Below are positions 39,078 to 48,591 of a DNA stretch of 64,000 nt, piece by piece (the first letter of the stretch is position 1; each line of letters opens with the position of its first letter). Both the position numbers and the translations under genes were made by a program. Source of the stretch: a virus; IMG/VR virus record IMGVR_UViG_3300027714_000005; one strand, given 5' to 3'. Under the pieces are notes generated by a model. That model was not told the DNA's origin and made no database searches. It was given only the letters and a program-made list of their open reading frames with translations.

Positions 39078-39441
39078 GAGTGATATGAGTATAATAGATA
39101 ATGATATGAAAAACGCACACAATATTGAGACGGTCAGAACTGACATGCCTCCGATTGAGGAGATTGCAAACAGTAAACGATGGTTCAAGTCCGCAACCCC
39201 CAAACAAACTTTGGATTGGTATCTCAAGTGGGTGGCATCTATCTTGCTTCTATGCGGAATGTCTATGAGAGGAATTGACGGTCTGCAAATATATGACTTG
39301 ACAATCTCGGTCATTGGTGTTATACTATGGTTATGGGTTTCGATGTTGTGGAGAGACCGTGCATTAATCGTTGTGAACAGTGTAGGACTATTATTACTCA
39401 TCCGCAACCTTATACAATTACTCTATGGAGATACATTATGA
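39070..39441 (+). CDS. 3-TM membrane protein
   Basis: WYLKW.AS...W.WV..LW.DRALIV.N. Confidence 0.65.
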   Translation: MNESDMSIIDNDMKNAHNIETVRTDMPPIEEIANSKRWFKSATPKQTLDWYLKWVASILLLCGMSMRGIDGLQIYDLTISVIGVILWLWVSMLWRDRALIVVNSVGLLLLIRNLIQLLYGDTL

Positions 39442-40157
39442 ATTTTAAACATGAACCAGTCACGTTGACTGAAATGAATGCAGTGACCACTGATACTGGT
39501 CGTAAGTATATGACACCCGAAGGCATTAACCTTCCGTCTATTACAACGGTGCTATCCATTTTGTCACGTGACTCCATCGCCAAGTGGCGTAAACGTGTTG
39601 GTGATGCAGAGGCGAACCGTGTCTCATATCGTGCATCGACCCGTGGTACATCTGTTCACGAAATCTGTGAGAAGTACGTGAACAACGACCCAGCCTATGA
39701 CAAGTTCATGGCAACCGACCCCGACACTGGGGAACAAACGTTGACTACCCGCACACCTGACCTAATCGATTCTTTCCTAAAGATTAAACCAATCCTCGAT
39801 GAACGTCTGACTACGGTGTACGCACAAGAAGCACCCCTGTACTCTACCCATCTGGGTGTTGCAGGTCGTGTGGATTGTGTGGGTATCTTCGATGGTAAAC
39901 TATCCATCATTGACTACAAGACTTCTATGAAACCCAAGAAACTCGATTGGGTTAAGAACTACTTCATGCAGGAAGCAGGTTATGCTGTAATGTGGGAAGA
40001 ACGTACTGGTCAACCGATTACTCAGTTGGTTACTATTATCTCTGTTGATAATAACGAACCTCAAGTCTTCATCGAACATCGTGATAACTGGATTAATACG
40101 TTAAGAAATACAATTAAACAGTATAATGAGGAAAACTCTGCTTCCATTTTGTTATAA
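39438..40157 (+). CDS. PD-(D/E)xK exonuclease (Cas4/RecB-like)
   Basis: PSITTVL, RGT.VH, AGRVD, IIDYKTS, Y..Q..GY. Confidence 0.88.
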   Translation: MNFKHEPVTLTEMNAVTTDTGRKYMTPEGINLPSITTVLSILSRDSIAKWRKRVGDAEANRVSYRASTRGTSVHEICEKYVNNDPAYDKFMATDPDTGEQTLTTRTPDLIDSFLKIKPILDERLTTVYAQEAPLYSTHLGVAGRVDCVGIFDGKLSIIDYKTSMKPKKLDWVKNYFMQEAGYAVMWEERTGQPITQLVTIISVDNNEPQVFIEHRDNWINTLRNTIKQYNEENSASILL

Positions 40158-40160
40158 ATA
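40153..40160 (+). promoter_or_regulatory. gp55 late promoter
   Basis: TATAAATA. Confidence 0.7.
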
Positions 40161-40193
40161 GTGGTATAATAACATTTTACTTATGGGAATTCG

Positions 40194-41492
40194 ATGTTAC
40201 AGTTTAGTCAACTCAATGAGACATCTCTCACTTTTGCTGAGATTGTACGTCCTGACAGGGCGTACCGTGCAGACCTCTTTATTCAAAAACTAAAATCAGG
40301 CGAACCCTTTGAAACTACAAAGGGTGACTCGATAGTTTTACAGTACGACCCCGCAATTGAAAAGGCGATTCGTACAGGTGATAAAAAGGGACTACCAATC
40401 AAGGCACTAAAAACCTTGGATGGCACAGAGATTGCGTTTGGTGTACTCTCAAAGACCGCAGAGTTTGGTGGTGGCCGTGGTTCTGGCGGTGGTTCGGATA
40501 ACACCCGTGCAACCGAATCCGCTCAGTGTGTCTACGCACAACTTATGTGGGACAACCCCAAAACAAACTTCTCTCCTGACGAACTCCGCTCCACCTTTAC
40601 AAAGGTTCAGGTTGACGCAAATTTGTCTGATGTTCTTCTTGGTGATGACCAGTGGATTGCATCATCTATTAACACGGCAAAACTTCTCCATAAGGTATTA
40701 AAGAAGAAACAGTACACGTGGCATCGTGGTTCACAGTGGGTTAGTAAACTTGAAGACACCTTCAAGAAACTCAACCGTGAAGAGAAACTATTCAGTAATC
40801 TAAACAAATGGACTCCTGCCGACATCTGGGCAATCGCTCGTGGTGCAGAAAACAAGTATAATATCCTTGACGCAAATAGTATTTCCGAGTTAAACAATGA
40901 GTTGATGAAAGCCTATGCTGCTCGTGATATCATGGGTATCTCACTCAAACAGACGGGTAAAAAATCTAAGTTGTCGCAAGTTAACTTCCGTGCTCCATTC
41001 GTACCACCAAAATTCATCAAACAAACCTTCGGTAAAAGAAACTTCTACGGTGCGAAGGATGGGTACTTGTTTGGGTCTGGTGGATTCGAACTTCAATTCC
41101 GAACCTTCCCAACCTTCCAGTGTGAGATTATAGGTAAGAAAGCAAAACACGGTAAAGTATCCTACGGTGGTATCAGTGATGCTATGAAGGATGCTGTCGG
41201 TAGACCACTTACTCAGAAGAAGGTTGTAGAACAATTACTCAAGAAAAATCCAGTGATGTTCTATGAACAGTTCTGGAAGTACTATGTGATGACTAGTGTA
41301 AAACAAAGTGACAGTAAAGAAGAACTGATTGCAAATCTAGAGAAGAAAGGTTTCGAGTGGTCTGTATCCAAGTACATGGTATTAGAACTGTTCACTTCGA
41401 TTAAGGGTAGAGAACAACAAGTGTTAGACTATATTGTTCGTATTGCAAAGTCACAAACAAAGAACTCAGCCGTTCACTTGAAGGTGTTGTAA
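40194..41492 (+). CDS. restriction-endonuclease-fold protein with capsid-targeting-like N-terminus
   Basis: MLQFSQLNE leader; ATE..Q, WTPADIW...GISLK. Confidence 0.55.
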   Translation: MLQFSQLNETSLTFAEIVRPDRAYRADLFIQKLKSGEPFETTKGDSIVLQYDPAIEKAIRTGDKKGLPIKALKTLDGTEIAFGVLSKTAEFGGGRGSGGGSDNTRATESAQCVYAQLMWDNPKTNFSPDELRSTFTKVQVDANLSDVLLGDDQWIASSINTAKLLHKVLKKKQYTWHRGSQWVSKLEDTFKKLNREEKLFSNLNKWTPADIWAIARGAENKYNILDANSISELNNELMKAYAARDIMGISLKQTGKKSKLSQVNFRAPFVPPKFIKQTFGKRNFYGAKDGYLFGSGGFELQFRTFPTFQCEIIGKKAKHGKVSYGGISDAMKDAVGRPLTQKKVVEQLLKKNPVMFYEQFWKYYVMTSVKQSDSKEELIANLEKKGFEWSVSKYMVLELFTSIKGREQQVLDYIVRIAKSQTKNSAVHLKVL

Positions 41493-42712
41493 TGAAATTT
41501 AAGAACTTTATAACAGAACAAAAGAACACTCACATGACCCATATCGAGGATAAGGTTCTCTATGGTGGTGTGAACGGTACACGTCAAGCAATCAATGCAC
41601 TACGTGAACTCCGTGATATGTTGTCTGGTCAGACTAAGAGTAAACTGTCAACCAAGTGGGACGGTGCTCCCGCAATCTTCTGTGGCACAGACCCTAGTGA
41701 TGGAAACTTCTTTATTGCAAAGAAAGGCATTTTCAATAAGAATCCCCAACTCTTTAAGTCTGCTCAAGAGATTGATGCAGAACTTTCGGGTGACCTTGCG
41801 GTCAAGATGAAACTCGCATTGAAACACGTACCTGAACTTGGTATCAAGGGTATCATTCAGGGAGATTTCTTATTCTCAACCGGAGATACTAGTAATGAGG
41901 TTATTGAAGGTGACAAGTATACAACCTTTCATCCCAACACCATCATATATGCGATACCTTATGATCAAGCTGCCGATGTACGAAAGGCGAAGATTGGAGT
42001 CGTGTGGCACACAACCTACACAGGTGATACTTTCGAGTCACTCAAGGCATCCTATGGAGTGGACGTATCCAAATTTAAGGATTCGAAGAATGTCTGGTCA
42101 CAGGACGCAATGTTAAGAGATGTGTCTGGTGCGACTATGGATGCGAAGGAAACTAAGGAAGTTACGGAACACCTAAGTAAAGCGGGTAAGATATTTAACC
42201 AGATTTCTGGTTCTACTCTCCGTGAGTTAGAAGGTAATAAAGACCTCGCAACACTAATTGAACAGTATAACAACACTTTTGTGCGGCAACAAACGGTCAT
42301 TACTAACACTAAAGCGCACGTTCAGGGTTTAATCAAGTGGTTGGATGCAAAGTTTCAGAAAGAGAAAGATAAGAGAAGTACTGAGAAAGGTAAGGCAACC
42401 CAACAGAAGAAGTTGGATGACTTTATGAAGTTCTTCTCCACCAAAAATCAAAAGAATCTAGTTGCGATGTTTGATTTACAAAAAAGTATTGTACTTGCAA
42501 AACTGAAACTTATAAATAAACTTAATAGTATCTCTAAAATCGATGCGTTTGTACAAACCAAAACTGGTTATAAGATTCGTACAGGTGCAGAGGGGTTCGT
42601 TGCTATTGACAAGTTAGGTGGTGACGCGGTCAAGTTAGTTGATCGACTAGAATTTTCTTATAATAACTTTAGTCCAGATATCCTAAAGGGTTGGGACAAA
42701 GTTAAGAAATAA
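41492..42712 (+). CDS. ligase/nucleotidyltransferase-fold protein (DUF6267-like)
   Basis: MKFKNFITE leader; TKWDG (motif I), QGDFLF, EGFV, VKLVDR. Confidence 0.65.
   Translation: MKFKNFITEQKNTHMTHIEDKVLYGGVNGTRQAINALRELRDMLSGQTKSKLSTKWDGAPAIFCGTDPSDGNFFIAKKGIFNKNPQLFKSAQEIDAELSGDLAVKMKLALKHVPELGIKGIIQGDFLFSTGDTSNEVIEGDKYTTFHPNTIIYAIPYDQAADVRKAKIGVVWHTTYTGDTFESLKASYGVDVSKFKDSKNVWSQDAMLRDVSGATMDAKETKEVTEHLSKAGKIFNQISGSTLRELEGNKDLATLIEQYNNTFVRQQTVITNTKAHVQGLIKWLDAKFQKEKDKRSTEKGKATQQKKLDDFMKFFSTKNQKNLVAMFDLQKSIVLAKLKLINKLNSISKIDAFVQTKTGYKIRTGAEGFVAIDKLGGDAVKLVDRLEFSYNNFSPDILKGWDKVKK
42511..42518 (+). promoter_or_regulatory. gp55 late promoter (intragenic)
   Basis: TATAAATA about 220 nt upstream of 42739. 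Confidence 0.45.
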
Positions 42713-42738
42713 ATGGGATAAACCAGAGAGGTAAACCA

Positions 42739-43122
42739 ATGTCCAAACTAATCGGACTAAAAGAATTTATTAAGGTACTCGAATCACCGGACGAAGCATT
42801 GAATATGCAACAACGTCTGAAGATGGCACGTACCTTCAAGAAGAACAAAGCAAAAATCGCAATGGGTCGCAAACGTGCGGAACGTAAAGTTGCTGATATG
42901 CCCACTCTAAAGAAACGTGCACAGAAACAAGCACGTCAAGTCTTCCTCAAGAAAATCACTAAAGGTGTCGAAAAGGGCGATCTCTCTATGGCACGTAGAG
43001 CGTCCATCGAGAAACGATTATCCAAGTTTAAACCTAAGATAGATAAACTAGCAAAGAAACTACTTCCTGCGGTACGTAAGGGTGAACTAGCTAGAAAACG
43101 AGGCGGAAACAAGAGTGATTAA
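42739..43122 (+). CDS. highly basic putative internal head protein
   Basis: LKEF...DE leader then K/R-rich helix. Confidence 0.55.
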   Translation: MSKLIGLKEFIKVLESPDEALNMQQRLKMARTFKKNKAKIAMGRKRAERKVADMPTLKKRAQKQARQVFLKKITKGVEKGDLSMARRASIEKRLSKFKPKIDKLAKKLLPAVRKGELARKRGGNKSD

Positions 43123-45031
43123 AGATTTTAAATCATACCTAACCGAAGAAGCGAAGGAGGTTTATTTTACGTTTGGTAGAATGAATCCACCTACTATCGG
43201 TCACGGTAAAGTATTAGATACTATTGCAAAAAAAGCAAAGGGTGCGGACTATAAAGTCTACGTATCCCAGTCACAAGGGCCTAAAGACCCACTGTCATAT
43301 TCTGACAAGGTAAAACACCTACGTAAGATGTTACCCAAACATGGTCGAAACATCATGGTTGATAAGGGTGTACGAAGTGTGTTCGATATCGCAACTAAGT
43401 TGTATGACCAAGGATACAAACGAATCACTATGGTAGTCGGAGAAGACCGTCTACGTGAGTTCGAAGTCCTGTTGAACAAGTATAACGGAACCAAAGCACG
43501 TCACGGTTTCTATAATTTTGAGAAGATATCTGTTGTATCTGCTGGTCGTAGAGACCCAGATGCAGAAGGTGTTGAAGGTATGTCTGCGTCTAAGCAACGT
43601 GCCAATGCAAAAGAGAATGATTACACCGCATTTACTCAGGGTGTACCAACGTCTATGTCCGATAAAGATACACGGAAGTTATTCAATGATGTACGGAAGG
43701 GACTAGGTCTCAAGGAAGAGACATCTTTTAAACGTCACATTAACATGGGTTCTGCGGGTGATATCCGTGAAGCATATGTTGAAGGTAAGTTGTTTGAACT
43801 TGGCGACATTGTTGTTATCAAAGAAAGCGAAGAAGTCGGTGTGGTATCTGTACTGGGTGCGAACTATGTTATCGTTGAATGCGGTGACAAGAAAGTTCGC
43901 AAGTGGTTGGATGCTGTTGAACTTGTTGAGAAACAGGACAAGGACATCAAAGACCGTGAAGGAACTCAACCCGCACGTTATCATTCAGGACTCAAGAAGT
44001 CTACCAAGGTAAAACGTGACGCACACTTCAAAGCAAAGAAAGATGGCCCTGCGCCAGGCGATGCGACTGCCAAGACTAAACCATCCAAGTACACCAAAGC
44101 ATTCAAAGATATGTATGATGAAGACTGTTGGGATGGGTATAAACAAGTAGGTGTGAAGAAGAAAGGGAACAAGACTGTTCCTGACTGCGTACCAGTAAAT
44201 GAGTATGGCGGCCCTGAAATCTCCAAAGCAGATTACCTGAAGAAACAACGTAATAGTACCCCCCCTATCAAAGAAGATGTTTCTCAGAAAGAGTTGGATG
44301 ACCTAGAAAAATTCGGTGATAGATTACTCAATAAGTTTGATGTTGATATCGAATTCACTCGTCACTTCAAAGACCGTATGAACGACAAACGTAACAAACC
44401 TGCTATTACTGTTGTAGAGATAGAACGTCTATTCAAGAAGATGGCAGATAACAAGGGTAAGAAGATTAAGAAGCACGGTAACTCAGAAGCAATCCTCAAG
44501 GATATGCAGTCTGACCTAAACCTACCTGTTGTGGTTAACTGGAAGAACGGTGAGTTCGAAGTTGTTAACAAAACAATAATGCGTAAGAAGGGGTTCAAGT
44601 CACCCGATCCAGTTCTCACTTACGAGGGTAAGATGCTCGACAAACTGAAATCAGTAACTATTGGTAAGAAGTCATATCAGGACGCATTAAAAACACTCCA
44701 GACTTTGTTGATACGCAAAAAGAAAGAGGGTGGTGGTAAACTGAGACATGGTACTGAGTACTACGCTGCACAAGTCGCTAAGTCATATCAGGGTATGAGT
44801 GACCGAACTCTCCATAAGATGTTAGGAGAAGATTGTGGTGCTGGTGAAGAAGGTACAGACAAACTCATCAAGAAGTATAAGAAAGATACTCCGATGTCTG
44901 AAGATGCAGTCAAGGCAGCGCAGGAAAGAATCAAGTCTGAAAAAGATGCCGACAAGAAGAAGCATGATGGACTACTAGATCGTGCTAGACTTGCTCGTGC
45001 AAAAGCAAAGAACGCGAGTACAAAACCATGA
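43115..45031 (+). CDS. HxGH nucleotidyltransferase fused to multiple small modules (putative polyprotein)
   Basis: MIKDFKSYLTE leader; FGRMNPPTIGH, VVG.DR, GMSASK; C-terminal modules separated by xxE sites. Confidence 0.75.
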   Translation: MIKDFKSYLTEEAKEVYFTFGRMNPPTIGHGKVLDTIAKKAKGADYKVYVSQSQGPKDPLSYSDKVKHLRKMLPKHGRNIMVDKGVRSVFDIATKLYDQGYKRITMVVGEDRLREFEVLLNKYNGTKARHGFYNFEKISVVSAGRRDPDAEGVEGMSASKQRANAKENDYTAFTQGVPTSMSDKDTRKLFNDVRKGLGLKEETSFKRHINMGSAGDIREAYVEGKLFELGDIVVIKESEEVGVVSVLGANYVIVECGDKKVRKWLDAVELVEKQDKDIKDREGTQPARYHSGLKKSTKVKRDAHFKAKKDGPAPGDATAKTKPSKYTKAFKDMYDEDCWDGYKQVGVKKKGNKTVPDCVPVNEYGGPEISKADYLKKQRNSTPPIKEDVSQKELDDLEKFGDRLLNKFDVDIEFTRHFKDRMNDKRNKPAITVVEIERLFKKMADNKGKKIKKHGNSEAILKDMQSDLNLPVVVNWKNGEFEVVNKTIMRKKGFKSPDPVLTYEGKMLDKLKSVTIGKKSYQDALKTLQTLLIRKKKEGGGKLRHGTEYYAAQVAKSYQGMSDRTLHKMLGEDCGAGEEGTDKLIKKYKKDTPMSEDAVKAAQERIKSEKDADKKKHDGLLDRARLARAKAKNASTKP

Positions 45032-45270
45032 TTAAGATGGCATTAACCAGACGGGCGGGTGAACTCATTGAGGGTGCTCTTGCGGATAAGTCTAAGAAGT
45101 CGGGTATCTCCGTAGATACATTAAGAAAAGTATACAATCGTGGTGTTGCCGCATGGAAGACTGGTCACCGGCCAGGCACTACTCCCCAACAGTGGGGATA
45201 TGCCCGTGTAAATGCCTTCATAGTAAAGAAGAAAAAGGGTGGTCTGAACCACGATAAGGATTTAGCATAA
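45028..45270 (+). CDS. small basic protein (DUF5824-like)
   Basis: KSGIS...L.KVYNRG.AAW..GHRPG.T.QQW..ARVN.F. Confidence 0.65.
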   Translation: MIKMALTRRAGELIEGALADKSKKSGISVDTLRKVYNRGVAAWKTGHRPGTTPQQWGYARVNAFIVKKKKGGLNHDKDLA

Positions 45271-45271
45271 C

Positions 45272-46786
45272 ATGAAAACTATTAAACAGTTGTTAGAAAC
45301 GTATCAACAATTCTTGGATAAGTCACCTAGTAACTGGGGTGAGGAAAAGGTAGTTGCCTACGGAGAAAAGAAAGGTTACAAAGTGATCGGTGTATGTGGC
45401 CACGGTAGGATAGACGGTATCGTACTGTTCGGTCTGGATGCGGGAGACAAGAAGTATGTCGGTAAGGAAGCAAAAGTCAAGACTGGTCAAACAGTATTCC
45501 GTTATGCTACTCGCAATAGTATGGCAGGTGACATCTTTCCGTTAGTTAAGATTGATGTTAAGAAAGGTCTTCTGTATAACCTATCTCAGAAGTCAAGTGA
45601 AGGTGAGATTGAACACGCAGAGTTTGAGACCAAAAGTGTTAAGTTGCGTTACTTACGTCTTGCCGCGACTGCCAACCTCCGTGATATTACTGGGTTCGAT
45701 CCCGGCTTTGGTTCAATGAAAGAGTCTGTTGAAGAAGGTAAGAAACCTTCTGCCGCTGATAGACTGACTTCTCGACTCAAGAAGGGTGGAGTGGACTTGG
45801 ATAAAAGAGCTAAGGATAGAAAGTCTGAACACGACAAACTGAAGAAAAAGTATGCCAATGAGTCTGTAGACCTTGACGAAGGTAAGATGAAAGAGTTTCA
45901 TGGTTACGTAAAAGCAGGGAAGTCCGCAGAGTGGATTTCTAAAAAGATTGGTATCGATGTCAAAGCAATAAAGGATTTCATGAAAGATATGAAAGAATCA
46001 AACGAATTACAAGAGGGTAAGAACTTCATCCCCGACCTTCAAAAAATCGTAAAGAATAAGAGTGCGGGTAAAGTTGGTGGTGTCATGATTGATATGTTTA
46101 CCGCCAGTGCTATCACCCAAGCATACGATAAAGTTAACCCCGCAATGAAGAAGAAGATGGAAACATCTGATGTTAACAAGCTTGTTGGACTTGCACAGAG
46201 ACTCATGGGAGAGTCTGTAGAAGTTGAACAGGTTTCCGAAGCAATTAAAACGTTTAAAGATATTAACGAAGCAATTATGTCTACTTGGACAGTTACTGTT
46301 CAAAAACCAGTTAATAAGCTTAAGAAAGGTGATAAGCAAGTTGTTAACGCTCGTTCTGCTTTTGAAGCAATTAATAAAGCTATGAAGTTGTGGAAAGACC
46401 CTGCTCTTAAATCTGCTTCTGCTGATTCATTTAAGATTACTAAGGAATCTCTTGATGAAGCATCTGCAAGAGCAGACGCAATGAGAGCAATGGGTAAACG
46501 TGGTAAGGACAGTGCGGATGATGATAATGACGCAACCGATGATGACCGCAAGGCGGCATCTAAGAATGTTCTAATGCAAGTACGCAAAGCATCCGACCTA
46601 CCCAAAGGTGGGGATATTGAGTTTGAAAACGGTAAGAAGGGTAAGATTTCTCAAGACGATGCACAGAAGATGACTCGACTGTTCGGTATGTTGAAGAAAC
46701 CACAGGACAAAGAAAAGTTTCAGAAAATAATTTCAAAAGATTTGAAGTCTCTTCAAGGTCTTCTTAAACGATTGGGAAAACACTGA
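45272..46786 (+). CDS. modular putative internal-head polyprotein
   Basis: MKTIKQLLE leader; repeated ES(V/L)..xxE linkers between K-rich modules. Confidence 0.6.
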   Translation: MKTIKQLLETYQQFLDKSPSNWGEEKVVAYGEKKGYKVIGVCGHGRIDGIVLFGLDAGDKKYVGKEAKVKTGQTVFRYATRNSMAGDIFPLVKIDVKKGLLYNLSQKSSEGEIEHAEFETKSVKLRYLRLAATANLRDITGFDPGFGSMKESVEEGKKPSAADRLTSRLKKGGVDLDKRAKDRKSEHDKLKKKYANESVDLDEGKMKEFHGYVKAGKSAEWISKKIGIDVKAIKDFMKDMKESNELQEGKNFIPDLQKIVKNKSAGKVGGVMIDMFTASAITQAYDKVNPAMKKKMETSDVNKLVGLAQRLMGESVEVEQVSEAIKTFKDINEAIMSTWTVTVQKPVNKLKKGDKQVVNARSAFEAINKAMKLWKDPALKSASADSFKITKESLDEASARADAMRAMGKRGKDSADDDNDATDDDRKAASKNVLMQVRKASDLPKGGDIEFENGKKGKISQDDAQKMTRLFGMLKKPQDKEKFQKIISKDLKSLQGLLKRLGKH

Positions 46787-46789
46787 ACC

Positions 46790-47299
46790 ATGAAATCCTT
46801 TGACGAACATTGCAGTTGTGTAAAAGAATCATCTCTGATTGAGAATAATCAGTACAGGGTTGGTTCTGAGAAATACTTCGAGTACTTCCGTGATGTTCGT
46901 GAAGCATATCATGCCGGAGAACTGACAGTAGACCCCAGTGAGATTGATATCGTTGAGGGTAACCTTGGTGAGTTCGCAACCTATAAGGGTGAAAATGTTG
47001 CGTTAGATTGTATCTTCGAAGCAGAAGAGAAGAACCCACCATTGAACAAACCCAAAGTCGGTGGTGCAAAGAAGTACTATGTGTATGTCAAGGATGGAGA
47101 CAAGGTAAAGAAAATCTCTTGGGGTGACACCACTGGACTCAAAGTTAAGTTGAATGACCCAGCTGCACGTAAGTCTTTCGCTGCACGACACGATTGTGCG
47201 AACAAGAAGGACAAGACTAAAGCAGGATACTGGGCGTGTAACCTACCACGTTATGCCAAACAACTCGGACTATCTGGAGGAGGAAACTTCTTTTGGTAA
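46790..47299 (+). CDS. DUF6321-like protein
   Basis: MKSFDEH leader; KKYYVYVK..KVKK..WGD...RKSFAARH.C...AGYWAC. Confidence 0.65.
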   Translation: MKSFDEHCSCVKESSLIENNQYRVGSEKYFEYFRDVREAYHAGELTVDPSEIDIVEGNLGEFATYKGENVALDCIFEAEEKNPPLNKPKVGGAKKYYVYVKDGDKVKKISWGDTTGLKVKLNDPAARKSFAARHDCANKKDKTKAGYWACNLPRYAKQLGLSGGGNFFW

Positions 47300-47574
47300 A
47301 TTATGTAACTAGAGCATATACCGAATTATCAGTAAGTAATGGTAAGATAAGGGTATTCCGAGAGGATGTATCCGAATCACAATTGGTTTGGCATATGGAT
47401 GAGCGGGATAGGAGTTTCCACGTTATAGAGGGTTGTGGATGGATGTTGCAACGCGACAACGAAGAACCTGTAGATATGTTGGAAGGTCATAGTTATAGTA
47501 TAGATAAGATGGAGTATCACCGTATCCTAAAGGGTGACGGTGATTTAATAATTAGAATATATGAAGCTGCTTAA
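47293..47574 (+). CDS. small cupin-like protein
   Basis: LVWH.DE.DR...W..Q.DNE.P...YHR..KG. Confidence 0.6.
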   Translation: MVNYVTRAYTELSVSNGKIRVFREDVSESQLVWHMDERDRSFHVIEGCGWMLQRDNEEPVDMLEGHSYSIDKMEYHRILKGDGDLIIRIYEAA

Positions 47575-48250
47575 TGTATTATATCGTGGTGGTGCTGGTG
47601 GCGAATTCTTTGGTGGATTGTTAACAGAACATCATAGTATTGCTACCAAAGGATTGCGGTATAACACTGAAACCGAAAGATGGTTTCTAGAGAGGGAAGA
47701 TTACCAGTCACACGAACCAGAGGTGACCAGAGTACACCCTAGAGATGTACAGAGACCGATATGGAATGGCAGTCTATGGAATGTAAGGTTAGACCACGGA
47801 TATGGTTTTCCTATCAATCAAGACTTCTGGATTGATTATCTCTGGAAAGATTGTAATGAGAACAAGACTATATTGTTCTTATCTGTAACAAGAGAAAGTC
47901 TTGATTACACCCAGAGTCTTGCTAAGAAGAAACTAATTAAGACCTCGGATCACCAGTCCGGTCAAGATATGATAGATGATGGTATCCTAGATGTTGAACA
48001 GTTCTGGGATAGACCTTGGGAATCTCAAGCATACTATTATAATATGTTCATGGAGATGATACCAGAAGGACAGAGTGTCCACGTAGTAGACCCGTATGAA
48101 CTGTTGTTTAAAGACGATGATAGTACGGTAAAAGAATTAGACAAGTTAACTGATTACCTTGGGATAACATATCCAATCAATTGGTTAAATAAAATAAGTT
48201 CTTATAGGACTAAAAATATTAATCTTATAAATAGAACTATACCAAATTAA
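47561..48250 (+). CDS. P-loop/sulfotransferase-like hypothetical protein
   Basis: YRGGAGGEF N-terminal loop; YE.LF...L.DYLGI. Confidence 0.4.
   Translation: MKLLNVLYRGGAGGEFFGGLLTEHHSIATKGLRYNTETERWFLEREDYQSHEPEVTRVHPRDVQRPIWNGSLWNVRLDHGYGFPINQDFWIDYLWKDCNENKTILFLSVTRESLDYTQSLAKKKLIKTSDHQSGQDMIDDGILDVEQFWDRPWESQAYYYNMFMEMIPEGQSVHVVDPYELLFKDDDSTVKELDKLTDYLGITYPINWLNKISSYRTKNINLINRTIPN
48226..48233 (+). promoter_or_regulatory. gp55 late promoter
   Basis: TATAAATA. Confidence 0.7.
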
Positions 48251-48267
48251 ACACAGGGTTCACGAAC

Positions 48268-48582
48268 ATGGCATCGGAAACACAGTCTTCAAGGTTAGCA
48301 AGAATAGAGATGGACTCTGTTGCTAGATTTGACCGTCTAGAACAAAAACTGGATAGACTTGCCGAGGCATTAGTTACGTTGGCCCGTGTTGAGGAGAAGA
48401 TGAGTTCCTTGGAAAGAAACAATGAAAATAACTATGATAGGATGAATAAGTTCTCTCAGAAATTAGATGATATAGAAAAGAAGGTTGATGAGAACGCACA
48501 TACTGTTGCGATCATCAATAAAGTAGTTTATTTAATCACTGTCGCTGTAATCGGTGGCGCAATCAAATTAATGTGGATGTAA
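48268..48582 (+). CDS. coiled-coil protein with C-terminal TM
   Basis: RLE.KLD.L.EA...LARVEEK; C-terminal anchor. Confidence 0.6.
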   Translation: MASETQSSRLARIEMDSVARFDRLEQKLDRLAEALVTLARVEEKMSSLERNNENNYDRMNKFSQKLDDIEKKVDENAHTVAIINKVVYLITVAVIGGAIKLMWM

Positions 48583-48591
48583 CGGAGAACA

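Noticed and set aside
39438-40157. Cas4-like nuclease as a CRISPR component
   Set aside because: No Fe-S cysteine set, cas neighbours or array; standard T4-like exonuclease
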